Positions 1 to 8,938 of a stretch of 64,000 bases of DNA are shown here, piece by piece. The stretch's first letter is position 1. The number at the start of each line of letters is the position of its first letter. Location of the stretch: positions 165,082 through 229,081 of the forward strand of contig CAKOXT010000001.1 of the NCBI GenBank assembly GCA_934130285.1, in the 5' to 3' direction. The translations under genes were made by a program, and so were the position numbers. The notes below the pieces were generated by a model. It made no database searches, had not been told where the DNA came from, and saw only the letters and a list, made by a program, of their open reading frames with translations. This DNA is from an uncultured Clostridia bacterium. Lineage in GTDB: Bacteria; Bacillota; Clostridia; TANB77; CAG-508.

Positions 1-2
1 AA

Positions 3-614
3 GATGAAATAAAGGATTTAGAAAAAGAAACTGAATTTCCAGAAATGGCACTTGCAGGAACAGAATATAATTGGTATTTAAATGATAATATTCTATCTCT
101 AGTTTTTTGTACAAAAAATTATCATGTTGAAAATTACTATGTATATAACGTAGATGTTTATACAGGTGAAACTGTAGAAAATCAAGAAATTTTAGATTCA
201 GCTAAAATGGAAGAAAAGCATTTTACTGAGAAATGTGTTGATGCTGTTAAGGACTATTATGAGAATATATTATATTCTTCAGAAGTAGAACAACAAGCTG
301 GATATTATTATACTGAAGCTTTAAATAAATCAATAGCGGAGAGTAATTTTAAAGTATCAAAATCAAAAATATATTTAAATGATAGTGGAGAGGTTTGCAT
401 AGTAGCTGAAGTTTATTTAGTGGCAGGAGCAACTTCTAATAACTTCCCTATAAACATTGAGAGTTTAAAAAAGAATAAAAGTAAAACTACTACAAAATCT
501 AATACAACTAATACAGTAAATACAAACACCACAAATAGCACAACAAATGCTACAAATACTAAAAATGAAGTGTTAAATAACACAACGAATAATGTAAAGA
601 ATACTACTTATTAA
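3..614 (+). CDS. hypothetical protein, 5'-truncated by window edge, with Asn/Thr-rich low-complexity C-terminal tail
   Basis: The frame is open from the window start; the ORF track starts at Met 45 but there is no in-frame stop upstream. The C-terminus is N/T-rich (TNTVNTNTTNSTTNATNT). A rho-independent terminator follows. Confidence 0.5.
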   Translation, partial: DEIKDLEKETEFPEMALAGTEYNWYLNDNILSLVFCTKNYHVENYYVYNVDVYTGETVENQEILDSAKMEEKHFTEKCVDAVKDYYENILYSSEVEQQAGYYYTEALNKSIAESNFKVSKSKIYLNDSGEVCIVAEVYLVAGATSNNFPINIESLKKNKSKTTTKSNTTNTVNTNTTNSTTNATNTKNEVLNNTTNNVKNTTY

Positions 615-640
615 TATATAGGATAATTGATTTTTGGAGA

Positions 641-686
641 AAAACCTCCTTGTTAGACTAAAAAGTTTAGCAAGGAGGTTTTATAT
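641..686 (+). terminator. rho-independent terminator (stem aacctccttg / caaggaggtt followed by a T-rich run)
   Basis: A perfect 10-bp inverted repeat with a U-run lies directly downstream of the first ORF. Confidence 0.7.
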
Positions 687-805
687 ATGTGTATTATTTA
701 AAAATTTAGAATATTAGTGTGATAAATGTAATTAAAATGAAATGTTTATATTGTTGTTATTGAAAAATTTTAATGATATACTTTTTATATATGGAGGAGA
801 ATTAG

Positions 806-1639
806 GTGAAAAAAAAACAAAAAAGAAGAAAAACAAAAAATAGTAAAGCAAATTCATTATTGTATTTTGCAGTAGTTTTAATTATAGTGGCTATTTTATT
901 GTATTTTGATATAAAAAACATGACTAATGTCGGAAAAAAAATAAAAGAAAGTAAAAGCGAAGATAATATTGAGGTCGTTGAAGAAGAAACAACTGCTCCA
1001 GAAGAAGAAAAAGGAAAAATATATGAATTTAATACTTTTGCGGATAAAGAATATACCAAAGAAGAAATAGAAAATATGAGTGCTTCTGAAGCGTCTAATA
1101 TATATAATTTAGAAAAAAATAATGATTTAAAAATCGATAAGGCTTTAGGAAGTGCTGGTGATGAGGATTATGCTTGTGTTGTGGCTTCATCAGCATATAG
1201 TACTGACAATCAATTTGTTAAAGCAACAGAAATTGTAGATGAAACAGATTTGTATTATATGGTTGGCGTTACATATGATTATATAAATCAAAATGTGGCA
1301 AAGAGGTATACTCAAAATGTACTTGTTTTTAAAAAGTTTTATTATAATTCAGAAACAGATACTTTTAATGTAGATGATGTGAAAAATGTTAAGATAATAT
1401 TGGATTTAAAGAATTATATAACTAACTATTCAAATGCGGGAAAAGTTTTGGTTCAATCTTTTATGGAAAAGAATGGTCAGCAATGTGAATATGTATTATA
1501 TTATTTAGATGTTAATTATGCTGAAGAAAATAAAAATACATCAGCTAATTTAATTAAAGAAGTTACAACTATTAATGCTGCTAGTGGTAAGGTTGAAGAG
1601 AAAACTACACAAACAGTTAAATCAAATTTAGTGTTATAA
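806..1639 (+). CDS. hypothetical membrane-anchored protein (Lys-rich N-terminus, one TM helix, extracytoplasmic domain)
   Basis: ORF with a GGAGG RBS at 793-797. The KKKQKRRK N-terminus is followed by a hydrophobic helix. No recognisable domain. Confidence 0.6.
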   Translation: MKKKQKRRKTKNSKANSLLYFAVVLIIVAILLYFDIKNMTNVGKKIKESKSEDNIEVVEEETTAPEEEKGKIYEFNTFADKEYTKEEIENMSASEASNIYNLEKNNDLKIDKALGSAGDEDYACVVASSAYSTDNQFVKATEIVDETDLYYMVGVTYDYINQNVAKRYTQNVLVFKKFYYNSETDTFNVDDVKNVKIILDLKNYITNYSNAGKVLVQSFMEKNGQQCEYVLYYLDVNYAEENKNTSANLIKEVTTINAASGKVEEKTTQTVKSNLVL

Positions 1640-1649
1640 GAGGTTATGT

Positions 1650-1808
1650 ATGAATAAAATTGGTGAAAAATTTATTGAGGGCAAAATAGTTAGCCTAGAT
1701 AAAGAATTAATAGAAAATCTTGAAAAAATGGCAAAAGATGTTGAACAAAAGGAACAAACCATGAAGATAGATTTAGATGGAATAATTAATCAAATGATAA
1801 ATGAATAA
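1650..1808 (+). CDS. small hypothetical protein (52 aa), not in the supplied ORF track
   Basis: ATG at 1650 lies 6 nt after an AGAGG RBS and runs in frame to TAA at 1806-1808. It fills the gap between two co-directional genes. Confidence 0.45.
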   Translation: MNKIGEKFIEGKIVSLDKELIENLEKMAKDVEQKEQTMKIDLDGIINQMINE

Positions 1809-1822
1809 GAGGGGTTAATGTA

Positions 1823-2245
1823 ATGACAAAGAAACAATTAAAGAATATGGCTAAAACAGGTGGTAAATATACGTTAAAAGGTGTAAAAATGCTTGGAAGA
1901 GGAGCCTTAACTGTTACAGAATTAGGAGCTAAAGCTACTGGAACAGTGGCAAATGGTGTGGCACATAATTATGATGTAAGAAGGTTTGTTACAGGTGTAG
2001 GTAGTATAGCTGCAAATGTTGCTTTTTTAGGGCCATCACTTGGAATTACAGCAATGAATTATTTGATTCAAAATTGTGTGATGGGAAGAAGTTATTATTC
2101 GCCGGTAGATGCTTTAAGGTCTACCTTAAGAATGACAGAAGGTGTTTTGAATGGTGCAATAGGGTTAGTTGCTGAACCAGTTGCAGCTGTTTCAAAAGGA
2201 ATAGAGAATGTATCTAAAAAAGGAAAAGATATATTAGAAAAATAG
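1823..2245 (+). CDS. hypothetical Gly/Ala-rich protein (glycine-zipper-like segments)
   Basis: ORF with a GAGGGG RBS. It has repeated small-residue motifs (GVGSIAANVAFLG, GAIGLVAEPVAAV). Confidence 0.55.
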   Translation: MTKKQLKNMAKTGGKYTLKGVKMLGRGALTVTELGAKATGTVANGVAHNYDVRRFVTGVGSIAANVAFLGPSLGITAMNYLIQNCVMGRSYYSPVDALRSTLRMTEGVLNGAIGLVAEPVAAVSKGIENVSKKGKDILEK

Positions 2246-2254
2246 GAGAAGATT

Positions 2255-3040
2255 ATGGGAGTACTTAAGACAACACAAGATCTAGTTACACTTATGGGTG
2301 ATTTGTCTGAAATAGAGGCAAACAAATTATTATTATGGGCAACGATTTATACTAGAAAAGTTGAAGAAATAAAAGAAAAAAAGTTGAAAGAATTAAAAAA
2401 ATATTTTGATGAACAGATAGCTTTTTATAAAAGAAGTTCACAAAAATATGCAAAAGAATATGAGAAATTGTATGCAAAATATGAAGAAAGTATTGACAAA
2501 TTATATCAACAATATAATGTATATTATCAATATATTCAAAATGAAAATGTTTTTGCTCAAACTAATCAAAAAATAGCAATTGCTAATTTTGTTGTTAGTA
2601 AAAGAGCTGCAACAAAGGCAAAAACTGATAATAATATTGTTTTGGAAGAAAAATCAAATAAAAAAGTATTTGCAACAGCTCAAAAGAAATTGAATTATGA
2701 TGTTGTTATTAATGAATGTAGTGCAAGATTGGAAAAATGTATGGAAGATACATATACTGACATGAATAAGATTTTTGATATTTCAAGTATGTTGATCTCT
2801 GTAAAAAAAGAGAAGTATTTAGATAAATTTTTTAATTTTTTCAAAATTAAATTTTCTGGAGAAAAGAGTTTTAAAGAGTTTGTTTTGGAACCATTAAAAG
2901 CAAGAATCGACAATATTGAAAAACTTTCTATTACAAGAGCTTCTGAAGTTAAAATCGATATGCTAGTATTTATAGGACAAATGGAGAAAATCAGAGGTGA
3001 TATTAATTTAGCTTTTAATGAAACTTTAAATAAGAATTAA
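2255..3040 (+). CDS. hypothetical coiled-coil protein
   Basis: ORF with an AGGAGAAG RBS. It is Lys/Glu-rich with heptad-like stretches and has no recognisable domain. Confidence 0.55.
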   Translation: MGVLKTTQDLVTLMGDLSEIEANKLLLWATIYTRKVEEIKEKKLKELKKYFDEQIAFYKRSSQKYAKEYEKLYAKYEESIDKLYQQYNVYYQYIQNENVFAQTNQKIAIANFVVSKRAATKAKTDNNIVLEEKSNKKVFATAQKKLNYDVVINECSARLEKCMEDTYTDMNKIFDISSMLISVKKEKYLDKFFNFFKIKFSGEKSFKEFVLEPLKARIDNIEKLSITRASEVKIDMLVFIGQMEKIRGDINLAFNETLNKN

Positions 3041-3060
3041 GGACGTTATATAGAAGATAT

Positions 3061-3789
3061 ATGAAAAAAATTATTTTTAGATTCATAATATTAATTATAT
3101 TAATTTGTATTGCTATTGTTGGAGTGTTTGGTGTAGCAGGTTATTCTATGTATAAAAATGCACTTAAAGAAACAAGTTTTGATGATAAAATTAATGAAAT
3201 TAGATCAGAGGCTAATTATACTAAAATTGATGATGTTACACAAACATATAAAGATGCTGTTGTAGCAGTTGAGGATCATAGATTTTATCAACATGGAGGT
3301 ATTGATTTATGGGCGATTATGCGTGCAATAGCAAGAAATATAAAATATTCTGAATTACTTGAAGGTGGTAGTACGATAACTCAGCAATTAGCTAAAAATA
3401 CATATTTTACACAAAGTAAAAAGATGACTCGAAAAGTTGCTGAAGGTTTTATGGCTATTAAATATGAAAAGAATTTGAGTAAGAATGAAATTTTGGAACT
3501 TTATATTAATACAAGTTATTTTGGAAATGGTTATTATAATATAAAAGAAGCAAGTTTAGGGTATTTCGGGAAATTGCCTTCTGAACTAAATGATTATGAG
3601 GCAACTATGCTAGCTGGAGTTCCGAATGCTCCATCTGTTTATGCTCCAACCGTTAATTTTAAATTGGCTTCTGAAAGACAAGTACAAGTTTTAAATAAAA
3701 TGGTTAAATATAATTATATAACTGAAGAAGAAAGAAAAGAAATTTTGAGTCAAACAGATTATTATGAAGATTATTTTAATAAAAAATAG
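3061..3789 (+). CDS. monofunctional biosynthetic peptidoglycan transglycosylase (GT51 family)
   Basis: N-terminal TM helix followed by the GT51 signature motifs EDHRFYQHGGID and GGSTITQQLAKN. Confidence 0.85.
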   Translation: MKKIIFRFIILIILICIAIVGVFGVAGYSMYKNALKETSFDDKINEIRSEANYTKIDDVTQTYKDAVVAVEDHRFYQHGGIDLWAIMRAIARNIKYSELLEGGSTITQQLAKNTYFTQSKKMTRKVAEGFMAIKYEKNLSKNEILELYINTSYFGNGYYNIKEASLGYFGKLPSELNDYEATMLAGVPNAPSVYAPTVNFKLASERQVQVLNKMVKYNYITEEERKEILSQTDYYEDYFNKK

Positions 3790-3818
3790 AAGATTAAATA
3801 CTATCTTCTATTTTTTTT
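3784..3818. terminator. bidirectional rho-independent terminator (tagaagat / atcttcta + T8)
   Basis: Hairpin flanked by an A-run and a T-run, between convergent genes. Confidence 0.6.
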
Positions 3819-4273
3819 ACTATATTTTTTAGATCGTTTTCAAATACTGTATTTTTTGAAAGTGGAATATACCATTCATAGGTTTCTTTTAAATATCGTG
3901 TTCTAAATGATTTATCAACATATATTGATTCTTCTAAATTATGAATTCTGTCAGCTAATTTTACATTTTTTGCGATATCATTTTTTGATATTCTTTCAAT
4001 ATATTCTGACTTATCATATCCGGACATTTTTGTTAATAGGATAGTTGCTTTTAATAATTCTGGAGATGATATTTGAAGAATTTCTGATTCGCTGGCATCA
4101 GTATCTTCTAATAGATCATGCATTAATCCAACTGCTTGATAATTTTCGTCAAAACCTTTTTGCTTTAATTTTTCAGCAACTGCAAATGGGTGAGTATAGT
4201 ATGGTGTTCCATGTTTTCTTTTTTGATTTTTGTGTTTTTCTTTTACAAATTCTCTGATTATTTCTAAATTCAT
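3794..4273 (-). CDS. small alarmone hydrolase (RelA/SpoT-homolog hydrolase-only HD-domain protein, Mesh1-like)
   Basis: Motifs TPYYTHPFAVA, HDLLEDT and KLADRIHNL parallel the Rel hydrolase domain in this same window (EPYIIHPVQVA, HDVVEDT, KLADRLHNM). Only 159 aa, with no synthetase domain. Confidence 0.75.
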   Translation of the reverse strand: MNLEIIREFVKEKHKNQKRKHGTPYYTHPFAVAEKLKQKGFDENYQAVGLMHDLLEDTDASESEILQISSPELLKATILLTKMSGYDKSEYIERISKNDIAKNVKLADRIHNLEESIYVDKSFRTRYLKETYEWYIPLSKNTVFENDLKNIVKKIEDSI

Positions 4274-4511
4274 TTTTTTCTCCTTTATATGTACATATTA
4301 TATTTTAGATATTAATTATTTTCAATAAGAAAATAATAGTAGCACTCTATAAAAATGATTGATAATAAAATTCAAAATTATATAAGAACAAAATTGAAAT
4401 TTGCTAAAGAAAAAGGATACATTTTATTAGCATAAGCTTATTTGCTATAACTCAAATAGTTGATATTTGTAAAGAGAGAAAATTAAAAGAAAAAGAAAAT
4501 TAAAAAATATA

Positions 4512-4548
4512 AAAACCTGGGATTTAATTTGAAATCCCAGGCTTTTTA
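4512..4548 (+). terminator. orphan rho-independent terminator (cctgggattt / aaatcccagg + T-run) with no upstream + strand ORF
   Basis: Perfect 10-bp stem plus CTTTTT. The nearest + strand ORF ends at 3789. Confidence 0.55.
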
Positions 4549-4573
4549 CGTTTTACTTAGAGAACAGAGGTTT

Positions 4574-4602
4574 TCTTGACTTTTTTTGTTATTATGTGTA
4601 GT
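4574..4602 (+). promoter_or_regulatory. sigma-A type promoter TTGACT-17-TAGTAT for the M23 peptidase gene
   Basis: TTGACT, then 17 nt, then TAGTAT, about 35 nt upstream of ATG 4638. Confidence 0.5.
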
Positions 4603-4637
4603 ATGAATTTGAAAATTTGTGGATTTAAGGGGTTTGT

Positions 4638-5846
4638 ATGAAACACATAGGAAGAAAAAAGATATTATTAGTCGCAGTTATTGTGATTTTTATTATGTTA
4701 GGAAGTTTTTTAAATGTTTTCGCTTCAACTACTTCAGAGTTAAGGCAGCAACAACAGCAAAATCAAAAAGAACTAAATGAAGCAAAAGAACAACAAGAAA
4801 AAATTAGAAGTCAAATGTCAGAGATTCAGAGACAAGTTGATGAATTAGATTCTAAGATTTCGGATTATCAAACAGAGATAAATGATCTAACATCACAAAT
4901 AGATGATATTTCAAAAAATATAGATTTAACTCAACAAGAACTTACAAGAACAGAAAATGAATTGAAAGAAAAAGAAGAATTGTTGGAAACACGATTAGTA
5001 GCTTCATATAAAGCAGGAGATACTACATATTTAGATGTGTTACTAAGTTCAGATAGCTTAACATCATTTTTATCTAATTATTATTTAGTAGAACAAATTT
5101 CAGAAAATGATACTAAATTAATAAATACAATAAAAGAAACAAAAGAACAAATAGAAGAATCTAAGAAACAATTAGAAGAAAATAAAGCAACTTTAGAAAT
5201 TGCTAAACAGACACAAGTTGACAAAAAAGCAGAATTGGATGTAGCTAAAAAGGAAAAAGAGCAAGCTGTTGCTAAGTTATCAGCAGAAGATCAAGAGGTT
5301 CAAAAGAAAATTGATGAAATGAGATCAGAAGATACTCGTATTCAAGCAGCAATAAAAAAAGCTGAAGCTGCAGCAAGTAGACCAAATGTTTCAAATAGAG
5401 GTAATACTTCTGGAACAAGTACAAGTTCTGATTCAAATCCTGGAGGGTTTATTTATCCAGTACCATCAAGGTATAGAACTATAACTACAGGAATGTATTA
5501 TGAGAAGTCAAAGAAATATCATGGTGCTGTTGATTTTGGTAGTGGAGGTATTGCTGGTCAACCAGTATATGCTGCAAAAGAAGGTACAGTTATTTTAACA
5601 GAAAACTTAAAGAGTAGTTATGGAACATACGTTATTATAAAACATAATAATGGATTGTATAGTTTATATGCACATGGACAAGCTGGTTCAATATGTGTAT
5701 CAGAAGGACAATATGTTTCACAAGGGCAACAAATTATGAAAGTTGGTTCTACTGGAAATTCATCAGGTCCACATTTGCATTTTGAAATTAGAGTTAGTCC
5801 TGGAGGGTATAATAATAGAGTAAATCCTCAGAATTATTTAAAATAG
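4638..5846 (+). CDS. M23 family metallopeptidase with N-terminal coiled-coil region (LytM/EnvC-like)
   Basis: Signal/TM at the N-terminus, a Gln/Glu-rich coiled coil, and a C-terminal M23 domain with HGAVDFG and HLHFE motifs. Confidence 0.85.
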   Translation: MKHIGRKKILLVAVIVIFIMLGSFLNVFASTTSELRQQQQQNQKELNEAKEQQEKIRSQMSEIQRQVDELDSKISDYQTEINDLTSQIDDISKNIDLTQQELTRTENELKEKEELLETRLVASYKAGDTTYLDVLLSSDSLTSFLSNYYLVEQISENDTKLINTIKETKEQIEESKKQLEENKATLEIAKQTQVDKKAELDVAKKEKEQAVAKLSAEDQEVQKKIDEMRSEDTRIQAAIKKAEAAASRPNVSNRGNTSGTSTSSDSNPGGFIYPVPSRYRTITTGMYYEKSKKYHGAVDFGSGGIAGQPVYAAKEGTVILTENLKSSYGTYVIIKHNNGLYSLYAHGQAGSICVSEGQYVSQGQQIMKVGSTGNSSGPHLHFEIRVSPGGYNNRVNPQNYLK

Positions 5847-5855
5847 GAGAATCAA

Positions 5856-6017
5856 ATGAAAAAAAAAATAGTTAAAACATCTATTGTTGAAAAGATTTGT
5901 GTACTTACATTAATTTTAGTAATTGCTTTTTTTGCATACCTAGGATATCTGCATTATGCGGAAAAAACATCTGAACAAGAAGAAAATACTACTAATATGG
6001 TAGATGAAGAAAAATAA
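5856..6017 (+). CDS. small hypothetical membrane protein (53 aa), not in the ORF track
   Basis: AGGAGA RBS at 5845-5850 and ATG at 5856. One predicted TM helix and an acidic tail. A hairpin with a T-run follows at about 6030-6080. Confidence 0.4.
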   Translation: MKKKIVKTSIVEKICVLTLILVIAFFAYLGYLHYAEKTSEQEENTTNMVDEEK

Positions 6018-6184
6018 TAAATTAATGAAATACTTTTTTTCTGATAAAAATAATACAGAAAAGAAGTATTTTTTATGTGTATATGAAAACAAAGCTTATA
6101 GAAACTTTTGTCGAATATTGACTCCTAGAGTTATTAAGAATATAATTTTGATAGTTTAATTTTTACAAAGAAAAGGAAAAAGAA

Positions 6185-7312
6185 ATGGGAAAAAAAGATA
6201 CAAATGTTAAAAAATCAAAGAAGGTGAAGCGTGCAAAAAGGAAGGGTACATTTGCAAAAATTTTACTTATTGTATTAATATTGGCATTGATAGGAATTAT
6301 ATCATTACTGTTTTTATTATATGGCCCATGGAGTGGATTTAGAGATTGGTTAATAACAACGGCAATGTCTTCAATGAGACACCAATATTTAGCTACATGG
6401 TTTTATGATGATAAAACTATTCAAGAGTGTTTAAATAAAAATAAGGTTGTAGAAGTTAGTGGCGTTACTGATGAAAACACAATTGAAATTGTTGATTATG
6501 ACAAAAAAGAAGAAGTTGTTTATGCCAATGAGTACGAAAGACAAATTTTAGAAAAAGATGAAAATAATAATGATTATAAAATAATAAAAATAGATGGCGG
6601 AAATGATTATGAAGGGTATATGGCAGTTATATATGATCCGTCTAGAATTGAAGTTGCTACATCATCTTATATAGGAAGAAGCGGAGAATATTTAACAGAT
6701 ATTTCAAAGAAGAATAATGCTTTGGTTGCTATAAATGGTGGAGGTTTTATTGATGAGAATAATAAAGGAAGTGGAGCTACTCCACTAGGAATTACTATGA
6801 GCAAAGGAAAGTTATTAAGTAATTCCGGTGGTACATTCGGATTGATAGGATTCAATAATGAAAATAAATTGTTGTTGGGTAAGATTACTTCAACTCAAGC
6901 TAAACAAAGAGGAATACGTGATTGTGTTTCTTTTGGACCATATTTAATATTAAATGGTGAAAAATCGCAGATATATGGAAATGGTGGTTGGGGAAAAGCT
7001 CCAAGAACTGCTATTGGACAAAGAGCAGATGGAATAGTTCTATTCTTAGTGCTTGATGGAAATAGAACATTAGGAAAAGGTGCTACAATTAAAGATATGA
7101 TTGAAATATTTGAAAGATATGGTGCGATAAATGCTTCAAATTTGGATGGAGGAACATCTACATCTATGACTGTAAAAGGAAAGACTGTTAATAATCCAAC
7201 TAATTTGTCAGGTGGAAGTGGAACAAGACCTATACCATCAGCATTTATATTAAAAGCAGATGATTCTGATGATGGTGATTATAGCGCAGTAAAAAATAAG
7301 GTAGATAAATAA
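6185..7312 (+). CDS. phosphodiester glycosidase family protein (NAGPA-like, DUF2233)
   Basis: N-terminal basic/TM anchor. Conserved NGGGF and DGGTSTSM motifs typical of this family. Confidence 0.65.
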   Translation: MGKKDTNVKKSKKVKRAKRKGTFAKILLIVLILALIGIISLLFLLYGPWSGFRDWLITTAMSSMRHQYLATWFYDDKTIQECLNKNKVVEVSGVTDENTIEIVDYDKKEEVVYANEYERQILEKDENNNDYKIIKIDGGNDYEGYMAVIYDPSRIEVATSSYIGRSGEYLTDISKKNNALVAINGGGFIDENNKGSGATPLGITMSKGKLLSNSGGTFGLIGFNNENKLLLGKITSTQAKQRGIRDCVSFGPYLILNGEKSQIYGNGGWGKAPRTAIGQRADGIVLFLVLDGNRTLGKGATIKDMIEIFERYGAINASNLDGGTSTSMTVKGKTVNNPTNLSGGSGTRPIPSAFILKADDSDDGDYSAVKNKVDK

Positions 7313-7372
7313 AGATATAAAATAGGTATTTATGATTTCTGTATTGCGTTATTATAAATAGAATAAGTGATT

Positions 7373-7407
7373 AAAAAATAGCAGATTAATAGTCTGCTAT
7401 TTTTGTG
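7373..7407. terminator. bidirectional terminator (agcaga...tctgct) between convergent genes
   Basis: Hairpin flanked by an A-run and a T-run. Confidence 0.55.
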
Positions 7408-7717
7408 TGTTACGATAGTTATTTCCCCATTTAACCATTGAATCTAAAATTGGTTGTAAACTCCAACCAGTATCTGTAAGAGAATATTCTACTCTTGGAG
7501 GAACTTCTGCAAAAACTTCGCGATGAACCAAACCTGATTTTTCCATATCTCTTAAATTATTGGTTAGAACCTTTTGACTTATTCCAGTAAGGGATTTTCT
7601 AAGTTCACCAAATCTTTTTTTACCAGTTAATAAGTCACGAATAATTAATATTTTCCATTTATCTCCTATAAGTCCCATTGTAATTTCAACTGGACAAGCT
7701 GGCAATTCAGTTTTCAT
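7397..7717 (-). CDS. HxlR-family (DUF24, MarR-like winged helix) transcriptional regulator
   Basis: CPVE...GDKWK...FGEL...ISQKVLTNNLR...GLVHREV...VEYSLT signature. Confidence 0.85.
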   Translation of the reverse strand: MKTELPACPVEITMGLIGDKWKILIIRDLLTGKKRFGELRKSLTGISQKVLTNNLRDMEKSGLVHREVFAEVPPRVEYSLTDTGWSLQPILDSMVKWGNNYRNTQK

Positions 7718-7875
7718 TATAATTCAACTCCATTCTTTTTATCTATAAAAAGTATAACAAATTAATTTCGAAATGTAAACAAAATACTGTAAAATCAGCG
7801 ATACTTTCTTTTGGAATGTAATAGCAATATAAGTATACAATAAAATTTTATAAAGCGGAACTATTGAAAATACAT

Positions 7876-7946
7876 AAGAGTTACTTTAAGGTAACTATGA
7901 AACAAAAAAGTGCCTACTTTACAAGTGCTTTAGGTAAAATTAAAAT
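7876..7946 (+). promoter_or_regulatory. copy 1 of a 47-bp regulatory module: inverted repeat AGTTAC-N6-GTAACT (7879-7896) plus TTTACA-17-TAAAAT promoter (7918-7946)
   Basis: Near-identical to the copy at 8842-8909. It lies in the divergent region between the hxlR-like gene and gene 8010. Confidence 0.6.
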
Positions 7947-8009
7947 GGTTTTAGAAATTGAAAATAGAGTAGCTACTAATTCAATAAATATAATAAGGAG
8001 TGAATAAAA

Positions 8010-8804
8010 ATGGAGAATAAAAAAATAAATTTAGGAAAAGGAATTATTGAGATTTATGATTTTGGAGACATAAAATTACATTGCTATCAAACAAATGATT
8101 TTATGAATGATGAAAGTTACATTTTAGAAAATGCTGAAAATGTTTTATTAGTAGAATTCCCTGCATTTTATGATAATTTGGAAGAGTTTGAAAAATATGT
8201 TATAGGATTAAATGAGAATATAGTTGGAAAAGTATTTTCTGATCATCCAAATGGAGCTACTATTTTAAAAGATGTTAAAGGATATGCTTCAGAAGGTACT
8301 ATAAGATCAATGAAAGCAGGAACAATTCATAATTTAGTAACTGGATTTGAAAAATCTTTTAATGGAGCGTTTGCTAAAGAATTGCACGAGATTACTGATG
8401 TATTAAAAGATGAACATGTTAATATAGGAGGCTTTGAATTAAATTTAACTTATCATGATGAGAACGTAGAAATTGAATTTCCTCAAATAGGATGTGTATA
8501 TACTCATATGCTAGGACATGATTGTCATTCAATAGTTGCAGGAGAAGAACATGCAAATGCAATTATAAATCAATTGAAAGAATATAAAAATAAGGGATAC
8601 AGATTGGTTTTATCAAGTCATTATGTACCAGAGACTTTGAAAGATGTTGATACTAAGATTGATTATCTTGAAAATTTAAAAGAATTGGCAAAGGAAAGTG
8701 AAAATGCTGAGGTGTTTGAGAAGAAGGTTAAGGATAGATATCCTGAGTATAGTGGTTTAAATTATTTGGATATGACAGCTGGATTTTTCTTTCCAAATAA
8801 ATAA
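8010..8804 (+). CDS. hypothetical protein (His-rich motifs, possible metal-dependent hydrolase fold)
   Basis: ORF with an AGGAG RBS. Contains YTHMLGHDCH and SSHY motifs but no canonical HxHxDH. Confidence 0.5.
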   Translation: MENKKINLGKGIIEIYDFGDIKLHCYQTNDFMNDESYILENAENVLLVEFPAFYDNLEEFEKYVIGLNENIVGKVFSDHPNGATILKDVKGYASEGTIRSMKAGTIHNLVTGFEKSFNGAFAKELHEITDVLKDEHVNIGGFELNLTYHDENVEIEFPQIGCVYTHMLGHDCHSIVAGEEHANAIINQLKEYKNKGYRLVLSSHYVPETLKDVDTKIDYLENLKELAKESENAEVFEKKVKDRYPEYSGLNYLDMTAGFFFPNK

Positions 8805-8841
8805 TTAAATATAATTTTGCTATTTTGATATATATGCTAAA

Positions 8842-8909
8842 AGTTACTTTAAGGTAACTATGGAACAAAAAAGTGCCTACTTTACAATATGTAAGGTAGG
8901 TTTTAAAAT
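8842..8909 (+). promoter_or_regulatory. copy 2 of the 47-bp module: inverted repeat (8842-8859) plus TTTACA-17-TAAAAT promoter (8881-8909)
   Basis: 46 of 47 bp identical to copy 1. Upstream of the macrodomain-sirtuin operon. Confidence 0.6.
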
Positions 8910-8938
8910 ATATCTTATAGAAAATTAAGAGGTAGTAA

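Noticed and set aside
802-1059. Minus-strand ORFs embedded antisense in + strand genes (e.g. 802-1059, 2095-2325, 2695-2913, 34284-34697, 35109-35552, 36264-36593, 43915-44283, 47438-47884, 62702-63238)
   Set aside because: They overlap well-supported genes on the opposite strand, have low-complexity or hydrophobic composition typical of AT-rich antisense frames, and lack RBSs.
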